Assembly: GCA_016187025.1 (NCBI GenBank)
Contig: JACPKM010000001.1
Span: forward strand, 43,188 to 107,187
Length of the DNA stretch: 64,000 bases
Direction: 5' to 3'
From: Candidatus Daviesbacteria bacterium
GTDB taxonomy: Bacteria > Patescibacteriota > Microgenomatia > Daviesbacterales > UBA10151
Below, one piece after another: positions 29,503 to 37,361 of the stretch (positions within the stretch are counted from its first letter, which is position 1; every line of letters begins with the position of its first letter). The notes beneath the pieces are model-generated. The model did not search any database. It was not told where the DNA came from and worked only from the letters and a program-made list of their open reading frames with translations. A program made the translations under genes and the position numbers.

Positions 29503-29731
29503 CTGAGTATCTGAAATCTTCCTGAATCTCTTTAATAATCTCTACTTGCGCCATAGCGCTTTTACGAAGCTGGTCCTTTAAATCTGTCTTGGCCAACTTA
29601 TCTTTAACAGCTTCAGCAATAAACTTACTTCTTTTTTTAGCCGGGACTGCTCTTTTAAAATCCCTGGCCAGCTCGTATGGTAAGGTAATATTTAATCTTT
29701 GTGCTTGCATAATTATTTCTCCAATACACAC
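29474..29731 (-). CDS. putative RHH/CopG-like antitoxin
   Basis: 85 aa, immediately upstream of the MazF-like gene and overlapping it. It begins RLNITLPYELARDF. Confidence 0.5.
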   Translation of the reverse strand: MCIGEIIMQAQRLNITLPYELARDFKRAVPAKKRSKFIAEAVKDKLAKTDLKDQLRKSAMAQVEIIKEIQEDFRYSDAEVDSRIP

Positions 29732-29964
29732 TAATTATACACACATTTGATTGGAATAATCAAGTAATCCTCATTCTTGTTTCCTCCCCATCCATAACCA
29801 GATTTGATTAGAGAAAAACTCGAACAGAACTCTGACTAATGAAAGCTCTAGAAGAAGGCGAAGAATGAAACTTGTTCATTTTTGCACTGCCTACTTATGA
29901 AGGATTGTAATAGAAATTTTCGGAAAAACCAAGAAGCAAAACACCAAAATTACCAAAAACCCAA

Positions 29965-30716
29965 TTACTTAGTTTCAAATGCCGCTACCAGGCGCGGAGA
30001 ACCAACATCGTCATTACCAGAGTCACGAGGCCAGCCATGGACTCCCAGACCGCGATCAGGGTCGGCACTGCCTACAACGGCAACGAAGGAGCCAGATTCA
30101 TTGGTTGGATTTTTCGTTCTTCCATATACCCAATTTCTACCTTGAACTTCTGCATATTTTGGTCCAAATAACCATTCACCCGGATGATTAGCTAAATGTT
30201 GAAAGGTTAATTCTGTAAAAACAACTGCTTGACCTGGAACAATTTGTGTTATTCCTGTCAAGCCGTACCTTTCAGCATCAGCCGCTGCCATTGTCTCTTG
30301 TGTATCCGTATCTCTACCGAGAGTACCAGGAACAAAAAAATCTTCAGGTTTTGCAAAATAAGCTACTTCAATTCGTGGTGAAGGCACAGTAAGCAGTCTT
30401 GTACTATTTCCTGCATCAACAATGTGCCAGAAGGCGGGCAATCCTTGTGCTTCTCTGACCTTTTTCTGATGCTCAATAGTTTCTCCAGTTAATGTACAAA
30501 AGGAAGCACCAAAATTTTTTAGGGCTGCTTCTCTCTGTCAGGAATTCTTGCTTTTAAAATAAGTCGTTCTGCGCCCCTTGCTTCTGTAGAAATTCCTGCT
30601 GCTAAAACTCGTCCACCATCAAGCCATTGATCAAGCATCCCCACCTGTGGATCATTGGGATGTAACCTTGCAAATTCATTTCTATGTGCTCGTAATATCT
30701 CAATACCTTCCATCAT
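29965..30716 (-). pseudogene. frameshifted gene remnant in a locally GC-elevated segment (function unknown)
   Basis: Two collinear minus-strand ORFs (30716..30519 and 30441..29965) in different frames. GC is clearly above flanking DNA. Confidence 0.35.
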
Positions 30717-30917
30717 AATCAGTGAATAGTATCAGATTATAGGACAGTTGTCAAACAAAATCAAAACACAAAAGACCTTACTCCTTAAAAAGGTTAACAG
30801 CCAGAGTAAAACCCAGTTTTTCATACCAGTTATCAGCAGAGAAGATAATTTTAGTACCACTTTTTTGGAAGTCAGGTACCAAAATAATCGCCTTTTTTAA
30901 TTAACTCCTTCATGCAA

Positions 30918-31913
30918 TTAAAAGTAGTCTAATTTCATAGCTTTTTTAACTTCTGCCAAAGTTTTTTGGGCCTTTATCCTGGCTTTTTCAGTTCCTTCTT
31001 TTAAGATTCTATCTACCAGCTCAGGCCGATTTTCGTATTCAGCCCGTTTCTTTCGGATAGGATCCAGGAAATTATTTAAAACTTGCACCAGGTACTTTTT
31101 AACCTCGATATCACCAACTTGGCCTTTTGAGTAAAGTAGTTTGTAGTTGGTAGTTTGTAGTTTGTCGCTTTCAGAAGCAAATGCATCCAAATAGATAAAT
31201 ACAGGATTTCCTTCCACATGTCCTGGGTCAGTTGCTCTAATTCTTGTAGGATCTGTATACATACTCATGACCTTTTTTCCCACCTCATCAGCAGAATCAG
31301 TTAAAAAGATAGCATTGCCTAAGGATTTGCCCATTTTGGCCTGTCCATCAGTCCCAGGAAGAGTAGGTACCTCCCCTATTAAGGGCTCTGGTATAGGAAA
31401 GACGTCTCCATAAAGATTATTAAACTTAATAGCAATATCCCGGGCATATTCCACATGAGCCTTTTGATCTTTACCAACTGGTACTAAATTAGCTTTAGGA
31501 AGTAATATATCAGCAGCCATAAGCACAGGGTAATAAAATAAACCCACAGTATCTTCTGAGCCCTGGTCAAGTTTTTCTTTTAAAGCAGGCTGCCTGGCTA
31601 TTAGAGGCCTAGGAGTCAAAACACTTAAGAAATAGGCTAGCTCCAAAACTTCCGGCACTTTAGATTGAACAAAAAAAGTCACTTTTTCAGGGTCCAGCCC
31701 CACAGAAAGGTACCCTAACATTAAACCGCGGATATTTTTTTTCAGCTGGTCAGTACGGTCAAAGTGAGTTGTGAGTGCATGTAAATCCACCAAAGGAATA
31801 AACATCTCATACTCCAGTTGCAGCTTTACCCTATTTTTAAGCGATCCTATATAGTTTCCCAAATGGAAACTATCATAGGTGGGTCTATCTCCTGTGAGAA
31901 TTCTCTTTTTCAT
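30918..31913 (-). CDS. trpS: tryptophan--tRNA ligase
   Basis: TGDRPTYDSFHLGNYIG (HIGH region) and KMGKSLGN (KMSKS). Confidence 0.9.
   Translation of the reverse strand: MKKRILTGDRPTYDSFHLGNYIGSLKNRVKLQLEYEMFIPLVDLHALTTHFDRTDQLKKNIRGLMLGYLSVGLDPEKVTFFVQSKVPEVLELAYFLSVLTPRPLIARQPALKEKLDQGSEDTVGLFYYPVLMAADILLPKANLVPVGKDQKAHVEYARDIAIKFNNLYGDVFPIPEPLIGEVPTLPGTDGQAKMGKSLGNAIFLTDSADEVGKKVMSMYTDPTRIRATDPGHVEGNPVFIYLDAFASESDKLQTTNYKLLYSKGQVGDIEVKKYLVQVLNNFLDPIRKKRAEYENRPELVDRILKEGTEKARIKAQKTLAEVKKAMKLDYF
31136..31168. repeat. heptamer tandem repeat (TAGTTTG-like x 4) inside trpS
   Basis: gtagtttgtagttggtagtttgtagtttgtcgc. Confidence 0.7.
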
Positions 31914-32002
31914 AGTCTTTTTCCTAGTTTACCATATTACACATATTGAGCCGGTCGGCACAAAGTGCGTTAAACTAAGTTAGTAGAACACATCTGTTAT
32001 CT

Positions 32003-32386
32003 TTAATCCTCTTGAGGAAGATAGATATCTAAAACCCCAGCCCTACCTGCCATAAGCGATTTTAAAGAAACAGATATTTCGTATCCCTCATGCAGATCTA
32101 CTAAAACCACCTCTCCTTTTTTTACCGGTATCGCGCTCGCATTATCTACCTGATCACCTTCAAATGTTCTAATCTGCTTTATTCGATAAAATAGAGGCTC
32201 TGGATCAAGAAGAACTCCACTATGTTCTCTAGTTATATTAGCTTGCACCACTTCACCTGGCCTTGGACAAAATCTTTCCCGTAACCTTAGTGCACTGGGA
32301 TTTCGTACCTCAGGCAAAGACCGGTTATTTCCCTTTCTTTGTTCTGGGGAAATCCTATGTATTAGTTGTTCATAATCTGCAGTCAT
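32003..32386 (-). CDS. hypothetical protein
   Basis: 127 aa with an SD-like GGAAGGA upstream; no family recognised. Confidence 0.3.
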   Translation of the reverse strand: MTADYEQLIHRISPEQRKGNNRSLPEVRNPSALRLRERFCPRPGEVVQANITREHSGVLLDPEPLFYRIKQIRTFEGDQVDNASAIPVKKGEVVLVDLHEGYEISVSLKSLMAGRAGVLDIYLPQED

Positions 32387-32400
32387 ATTTTTCCTTCCAT

Positions 32401-32426
32401 AAAAAAACCGCCTGCTAAAGGCGGTT
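32401..32426 (-). terminator. intrinsic terminator hairpin plus U7, just before the start of the 32003..32386 gene
   Basis: Minus strand GGAACCGCC-UUUAGCA-GGCGGUUUUUUUAUGG. Confidence 0.4.
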
Positions 32427-32605
32427 CCTGGGTGTTTGAAATTCCTTTTTATAAGGAAATCTGCACACTAGGACCGCTCTCGTAAATAATGAGAGAACGG
32501 CGCCAAGTAAATTTTTTAAAGTTTTTTAACATATCTTTTATAATTAAACAGATTCAGCGTACTTGTCAATAGTGATTTTACTATGGGGCTCAACTAAAGT
32601 CAAGT

Positions 32606-33349
32606 TTACTTTAATCGACGGGGTAAAACTCCGTCATATTCTATTTCTTCATTTGGAACTCTTCTGAATGGTTTTTCGCGGACCCACTCTTCAAAGATAT
32701 GGGCAATGAGTCCCACCACCCTGCCGATTATGAAAAAACCCTTTCCCAGTCTATAATCAAAACCCATATCAGATACAACTGCTGCAATTGCCCCGTCTAC
32801 ATTGATAGGGATTTTTTTGCCTTTAAGTCTTTCCAGCTCTGCTTCAACTGCAACTGCCAATTCACAATGTTCACCAAAAAACCCAAGTGTTTTGGCTTTT
32901 TCAAAAACTTGCTTGGCTCTTGGGTCTTCTGTATATACTTTGTGTCCAAAACCGGGAATCCTATCTCCTGAGGATATCACCTTTTCCACCAATTTTGAGG
33001 CTGCAAGACCCATTTGTAAAAGATGCGCACACTCCTCAACCGCCCCGCCGTGATATTCCCCTATTCCTAAAACCCCGGCAGCCACAGCAGCCTGCATGGG
33101 ATTACCTGCTGAAGCAGAGTTTCTGGCGTTTGTCACAGAAGGCGGACCCATGCCGTTATCGATAGTGGAGATTAAAATGCTATCAAGCATTGCTCTTTCT
33201 TTTTCTGTCGGCAGCTCCCCTTTTAATTCCAGCCAGATAGCATCGGTAAAATTTACATTATCTATTAAATCAGTGATTTTGTAGCCGTGGATGTGTACTT
33301 CCCCATCCACAATCCCAGATATTGATGTCTTCCACTTTTTGTCAGACAT
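32606..33349 (-). CDS. citryl-CoA lyase-like protein (citrate synthase C-terminal-domain homolog)
   Basis: From MSDKKW: citrate-synthase catalytic region with GFGHKVY and the D...Vxxx motifs, but only about 247 aa because the CS N-terminal half is missing. The ORF-track start at 33454 is probably spurious. Confidence 0.55.
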   Translation of the reverse strand: MSDKKWKTSISGIVDGEVHIHGYKITDLIDNVNFTDAIWLELKGELPTEKERAMLDSILISTIDNGMGPPSVTNARNSASAGNPMQAAVAAGVLGIGEYHGGAVEECAHLLQMGLAASKLVEKVISSGDRIPGFGHKVYTEDPRAKQVFEKAKTLGFFGEHCELAVAVEAELERLKGKKIPINVDGAIAAVVSDMGFDYRLGKGFFIIGRVVGLIAHIFEEWVREKPFRRVPNEEIEYDGVLPRRLK

Positions 33350-33393
33350 AGTGACAGGTACAGTAAAGGTGACAAGTGACAAGAAATAAAAAT

Positions 33394-33417
33394 AACTTGT
33401 TACTTGTGCCTTGTTAC
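33394..33417. repeat. direct repeat A flanking the four-helix-bundle gene
   Basis: AACTTGTTACTTGTGCCTTGTTAC. Its partner, AACTTGTTACTTGTCACTTGTGCCTTAT, is at 33791-33818. An imperfect long hairpin, GGTGACAAGTGACAAG...CTTGTTACTTGT, lies at 33368-33408. Confidence 0.6.
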
Positions 33418-33420
33418 TAG

Positions 33421-33807
33421 TCACCCTCCTTTCTGAGAAATGTATAGCTTCCAAATTATATGACCTGTTTCAGCTCTTAGCAAGGAGATCTCTTGGAAGT
33501 CTCTATCTGCTACCAATTTTCTTTTATAAGCAAAGTCCAGTAAGTATTCTGTTTCCGCAAGAGAGCCTAACGCTATAGACAGAAACCTATGAAATTCTTT
33601 CTTACTATTCCTTGCGTGACCTTCAACTATATTCGTGGGAACCGATAAACACGCTCTTTGCAGTTGGGAGACTAAGCCAAATATCTCGTTCTTAGGAAAA
33701 GTAAGAGTTAAATCGTATACTTTGTGCACTAGTTCATCAGCTTTTTGCCATGCGATTAGCTTCTTGTAGCCGAACAACGAACTGTTTTCTAACTTGTTAC
33801 TTGTCAC
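33421..33807 (-). CDS. four-helix-bundle protein (23S rRNA intervening-sequence protein family)
   Basis: YKKLIAWQKA...SQLQRACLSVPTNIVEG...FLSIALGSLAETEYLL is typical of PF05635/TIGR02436. Confidence 0.7.
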   Translation of the reverse strand: MTSNKLENSSLFGYKKLIAWQKADELVHKVYDLTLTFPKNEIFGLVSQLQRACLSVPTNIVEGHARNSKKEFHRFLSIALGSLAETEYLLDFAYKRKLVADRDFQEISLLRAETGHIIWKLYISQKGG

Positions 33808-33818
33808 TTGTGCCTTAT
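33791..33818. repeat. direct repeat B flanking the four-helix-bundle gene
   Basis: AACTTGTTACTTGTCACTTGTGCCTTAT; partner of 33394-33417 with one extra CACTTGT heptamer. Confidence 0.6.
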
Positions 33819-34702
33819 CACCTTATCAGTACTGGTATCTCATCCGGAGTCTTGGCAATTTCCACTCCGGCCTCTTTTAAGCTATTAATTTTAGATTTAT
33901 AGCTGCCCTTTTCTCCGTAAACTATTGCCCCTGCATGCCCAAGTTTTGTGCCTTGAGGTAAGTTTTCGGCAAATAGTCCAGAAATAAACGCCACCACTTT
34001 TTTAGTAAACCCTCCACTTTTTATTAATTCTGCTGCTTCTTCCTCATAAGTCCCACCAATTTCTCCAAAGATTACAACAGCTTTTGTTTGTTCATCTTTT
34101 TCAAATTCTTTTAACAAATCTACAAAGGTTGAACCTACTAATATATCCCCGCCAATTCCCACAACGGTCGACTGGCCAATACCGTTTTTTGTTAGAATCC
34201 ATGATACTTCTGAGGCCATCCCTCCTGATTTGGAGATTACTCCAACAGATCCCTTCGAATAAACTCCCCTCGGATCATCACCCCCTATTGAGCCTACTTT
34301 ACCAATACCCGGAGAAATAATACCGATAGATGACGGACCAACCATTTTAACCCCATTTTGCTTGGCTAAAGCAATTGCTTTTGCACTATCTTGAACAGGA
34401 ATATGTTCTGTTAAAACATTTATTAAAGGAATTTTGTTTTTTATGGCTTCTTCCATGGCCCCAAATGCAGCAAAATTTGGGACAGCTATGAAAGAGGTAG
34501 TAATCCCCGGGTGATTTTCTAATGCCTCTGTAATAGAGTTATAAACAGGTACCCCATGCACTTCCTGTCCCCCTTTACCAGGAGTCACACCAGCCAACAC
34601 TTTAGTACCGTAATTTCGCATCTGCAAAGCCACCTTGGACCCTTCTTTGCCTGTTATGCCCTGTATTAAAACTTTAGTTTTATCAGTAACTAGTATTGCC
34701 AT
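33818..34702 (-). CDS. succinyl-CoA synthetase alpha-like / citryl-CoA synthetase small subunit-like (CoA-binding)
   Basis: SucD-type CoA-binding and ligase-CoA domains (VLIQGITGKEGS...; GHAGAIV). Confidence 0.8.
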   Translation of the reverse strand: MAILVTDKTKVLIQGITGKEGSKVALQMRNYGTKVLAGVTPGKGGQEVHGVPVYNSITEALENHPGITTSFIAVPNFAAFGAMEEAIKNKIPLINVLTEHIPVQDSAKAIALAKQNGVKMVGPSSIGIISPGIGKVGSIGGDDPRGVYSKGSVGVISKSGGMASEVSWILTKNGIGQSTVVGIGGDILVGSTFVDLLKEFEKDEQTKAVVIFGEIGGTYEEEAAELIKSGGFTKKVVAFISGLFAENLPQGTKLGHAGAIVYGEKGSYKSKINSLKEAGVEIAKTPDEIPVLIR

Positions 34703-35858
34703 AAGCTAGATCCACCATTGTTTTTGCTGTAGCTGTCATTGGGGTTTCCCGCCCATATATATGAAAATCAAAACCTTCTTTTTCTCCAATCTCTTTTAAA
34801 GCCTCAAAGGCTTCCTTATCCCTTGGCCCTCCCCTCCTGATTACAATTGGATAATTTGGTTTAGGACTCAGTTCCCTTAAACCTTCTACAAATCCCATCA
34901 GGGTTTCAAAAATATCCGTAAAGTTGGCTGTCCCCCCTACAAACCAGCAGCCCTTTAAGTTAGGTTTAGAAAGTACTATTTTTGTTAATCTTTCTAGTTT
35001 CTCTCTGGGAGGATTTCCTGAGTGTTCAGTATAGTTTGCGCTCTTGCCGCCATATGCTACAAGCGCATCCATATTCACAATAGATCCTCCCCCTCCTGCT
35101 GCAATCACTGCAATATCTCCCTCCAAATCCCAATAAACAGAGCCTGCAGTACCACGGTGATCCCCTTCATCTATTTTCCGGGCTTCAATTTCTGCCTCAG
35201 TTGGAGCCCTGCCAAACAAATTCCTTTCAGGAAATTTAATCTCGCGTCTAAAATCAGCATCATCATCCAAAATTATTTTGGCGTCCAACGCCATAATATA
35301 ATTTTGCCCTGAGCGAGCGGAGCGAGTCGAAGGGTTCTTAGCGACTACCAACGGATTAATTTCTGCCAGTTCACAGTCATATTTGGTAAAAACTTCCCAA
35401 AGTTTTTTTGCTGTGCCTTTCAACTCCTCAGGAACATTTTCTCCTAAATATCCCTTTAAGATATCGACCTGGAAAGTTTTCACCTCTTTACCCTCTACTC
35501 CTGTACCTCCTTCACCAAAATTCAAAACCGGTCCTCTTGATTCTGTGGAATAAGAGAATGACAAGTAGTATTCCCTATCATAATCTACCATCTCCTCTAC
35601 TAAAACCTTATCTACTTTTTCTCCATTAACAATCCTGCCAAACAGTTTTTCTACTTCCCCCTTCACGCTTTCCCCTTCACCCTTAACTGTAACTATTCCA
35701 CCTACATCTGCACGCTTACCGGACAAAACCTGGACTTTTAAAACACAGGGTCCTTTAATAGTAACTTCTTCATCCGCCAAAGTTACTAGCTGTGACTGAG
35801 GAACATTTATTCCACAATTTTTAAAAAGTTGTTTTCCTTCAAATTCGTATAAGATCAC
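34683..35858 (-). CDS. succinyl-CoA synthetase beta-like / citryl-CoA synthetase large subunit-like (ATP-grasp)
   Basis: N-terminus MILYEFEGKQLFKNCGINVP resembles SucC/AclB ATP-grasp proteins. It carries the GEGESVKGE motif. Confidence 0.75.
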   Translation of the reverse strand: MILYEFEGKQLFKNCGINVPQSQLVTLADEEVTIKGPCVLKVQVLSGKRADVGGIVTVKGEGESVKGEVEKLFGRIVNGEKVDKVLVEEMVDYDREYYLSFSYSTESRGPVLNFGEGGTGVEGKEVKTFQVDILKGYLGENVPEELKGTAKKLWEVFTKYDCELAEINPLVVAKNPSTRSARSGQNYIMALDAKIILDDDADFRREIKFPERNLFGRAPTEAEIEARKIDEGDHRGTAGSVYWDLEGDIAVIAAGGGGSIVNMDALVAYGGKSANYTEHSGNPPREKLERLTKIVLSKPNLKGCWFVGGTANFTDIFETLMGFVEGLRELSPKPNYPIVIRRGGPRDKEAFEALKEIGEKEGFDFHIYGRETPMTATAKTMVDLAYGNTSY

Positions 35859-35950
35859 TTCGTTAACCTTCCCTTTTTGCTTCGCAAAAACGTAGAAGTA
35901 TGGTATTTAGTATAACGTATGCTGGGTATGATTCCTAATCTTAGCTAAAG

Positions 35951-36022
35951 TAGCAGGGATGGGGCTCGAACCCATAACCTCTTCGTTATGAATGAAGTGC
36001 TCCACCATTGAGCTACCCTGCC
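35951..36022 (-). tRNA. tRNA-Met (anticodon CAT), elongator-like
   Basis: Cloverleaf GGCAGGG-TA-GCTC...GAGC-A-CTTCA-TTCATAA-CGAAG-AGGTT-ATGGG-TTCGAGC-CCCAT-CCCTGCT-A; G1-U72, Y11:R24. Confidence 0.8.
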
Positions 36023-36052
36023 TTATCAGTGCGGGTAAATTTTAACATAATT

Positions 36053-36553
36053 TAGGCTGCATATCTAAGGCCATCAATCCACCCTCTAATCTTAGTTAAT
36101 AATTCGCTACTTCTTCGAACCCTTATCCTCAGGACCCCATAGTATTTTTCTGGATTTTCATATTTTTTCAACCAAATAGATTTGTGATAAAAAGGTTTTT
36201 CAAACTGTTCTTTTGGAATTTTTGTGGTTTTCGACCAAAAATCTTCAATTTGTTCTTTACGATACTCATGTGATTCATTAAATTCAGCTCTTAAAATTAA
36301 TTCTTCCCGTTTTATATCAAAAGACCTTGCGAGTCACTTAATAAAAAATTTCACCATCTGGGGATCAGAGTTGCAGAAACCTACTCTACCCTCCTTCAAA
36401 CTCTTAAACCCTTCTGCCCAATAAAGAGATAAACCTGTCAAAAATAGTTCTTTCTCAGTCAGACGAGCTATTTCCAACTTTGCCTTTTTAAAGACAGTAT
36501 TGGTTCTAGTAACTTTCTCCAGATGCTTCTGCTTCGCTAATTTCCGGAGGTGT
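36053..36553 (-). pseudogene. degraded ORF (frameshifted, no start codon) between two tRNA genes
   Basis: Minus-strand conceptual translation ...LEIARLTEKELFLTGLSLYWAEGFKSLKEGRVGFCNSDPQMVKFFIK* then, after a 1-nt shift, LARSFDIKREELILRAEFNESHEYRKEQIEDFW...GWIDGLRYAA*. Possibly a mobile-element (homing-endonuclease-like) ORF remnant. Confidence 0.3.
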
Positions 36554-36748
36554 TTTATATTTACTTTCCTATCTTTTTAAGACTTCTGCCTTTTTTTTCT
36601 TTGCCTTACTGCTTCTTCGTATTCTATTTGCTTTCTCTTCATTGATTAATAGATATATTTCTATTGTTCATCTATTTAATAGAAGATGTCAATCGTGTTT
36701 GACATCTCTTGGTTAGAAGAATAAAATACAAGAGTTCTTTTACATAAC

Positions 36749-37038
36749 GCGGGGAAGTGTAACGGCTGCACGCGAGGCTCGATTTTGGGCTCTCTCATAA
36801 GCAATTATGCTAGATAACCTGGCTCATAACGGTGGAAACTTCTTCAAAAGTAATACCGTGGGAAGTTTCGATAATATCGGAACCCCGTAACGACTAATAT
36901 TCCAGCTACCGGATAACTCGGAACTAAATTGGAATTATACGCCGGGCTCCTCTGATTAGGGGATGATGGTATAGTCTATTCTTTATTTAACTAAAGAGCA
37001 TAATCTCGCAGTAGTAGGTTCGACTCCTACCCCCGCAA
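36749..37038 (+). tRNA. tRNA(CAU) split by a putative group I intron of about 218 nt in the anticodon loop (exons 36749-36780 and 36999-37038)
   Basis: Exon 1 is CGCGGGG-AA-GTGT-AACGGCT-GCAC-G-CGAGG-CT. Exon 2 is CATAA-TCTCG-CAGTA-GTAGG-TTCGACT-CCTAC-CCCCGCA-A. Joined, they form a canonical cloverleaf with C1-A72 as in initiator tRNA. The 5' exon ends in U and the intron ends in G; the intron contains ACGACUAA, which is P7-like. Confidence 0.5.
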
Positions 37039-37195
37039 CACGGTTGTATTTTGTGCATATAAAGCATGCAGTTGGGCTACTATATAGCCCTTTTCGTTAG
37101 GTTCGAACGCCTTTCCTATTATTGGCGCACCAGCCTTCATGTTTTTAACAATTTTAATGTGAGGATGAGACTGTAAACCCAATTTTTTACCCTTT

Positions 37196-37361
37196 AATGA
37201 ACTACCCCGCAGCAAGTCTTCGACTCCGAGGCTCAGACTCGAGGAGCTGACGGGGTATCGTAAACGAAAGTTCTTGTTACACTATTTTGTGACCGCGCAG
37301 TAAGTCTGCGATCCTGAGTCCTCAGACCGAAGGACTGCTCGGTATTTATGTAACAATAAAG
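37196..37361. ncRNA. conserved structured RNA-like element, copy 2 (expanded helices)
   Basis: Same termini (AATGAACTACCC ... GTAACAATAAAG) and helix order as 16634-16736, with stem-loop insertions and compensatory substitutions. Confidence 0.35.

Noticed and set aside
36749-37038. tmRNA (ssrA) interpretation of the split tRNA-like locus
   Set aside because: There is a tRNA-like acceptor and T arm. However, no plausible tag reading frame (resume codon plus a short peptide ending in a hydrophobic tail before a stop) could be found, and a complete anticodon arm with CAU is present. A tRNA plus intron therefore fits better.
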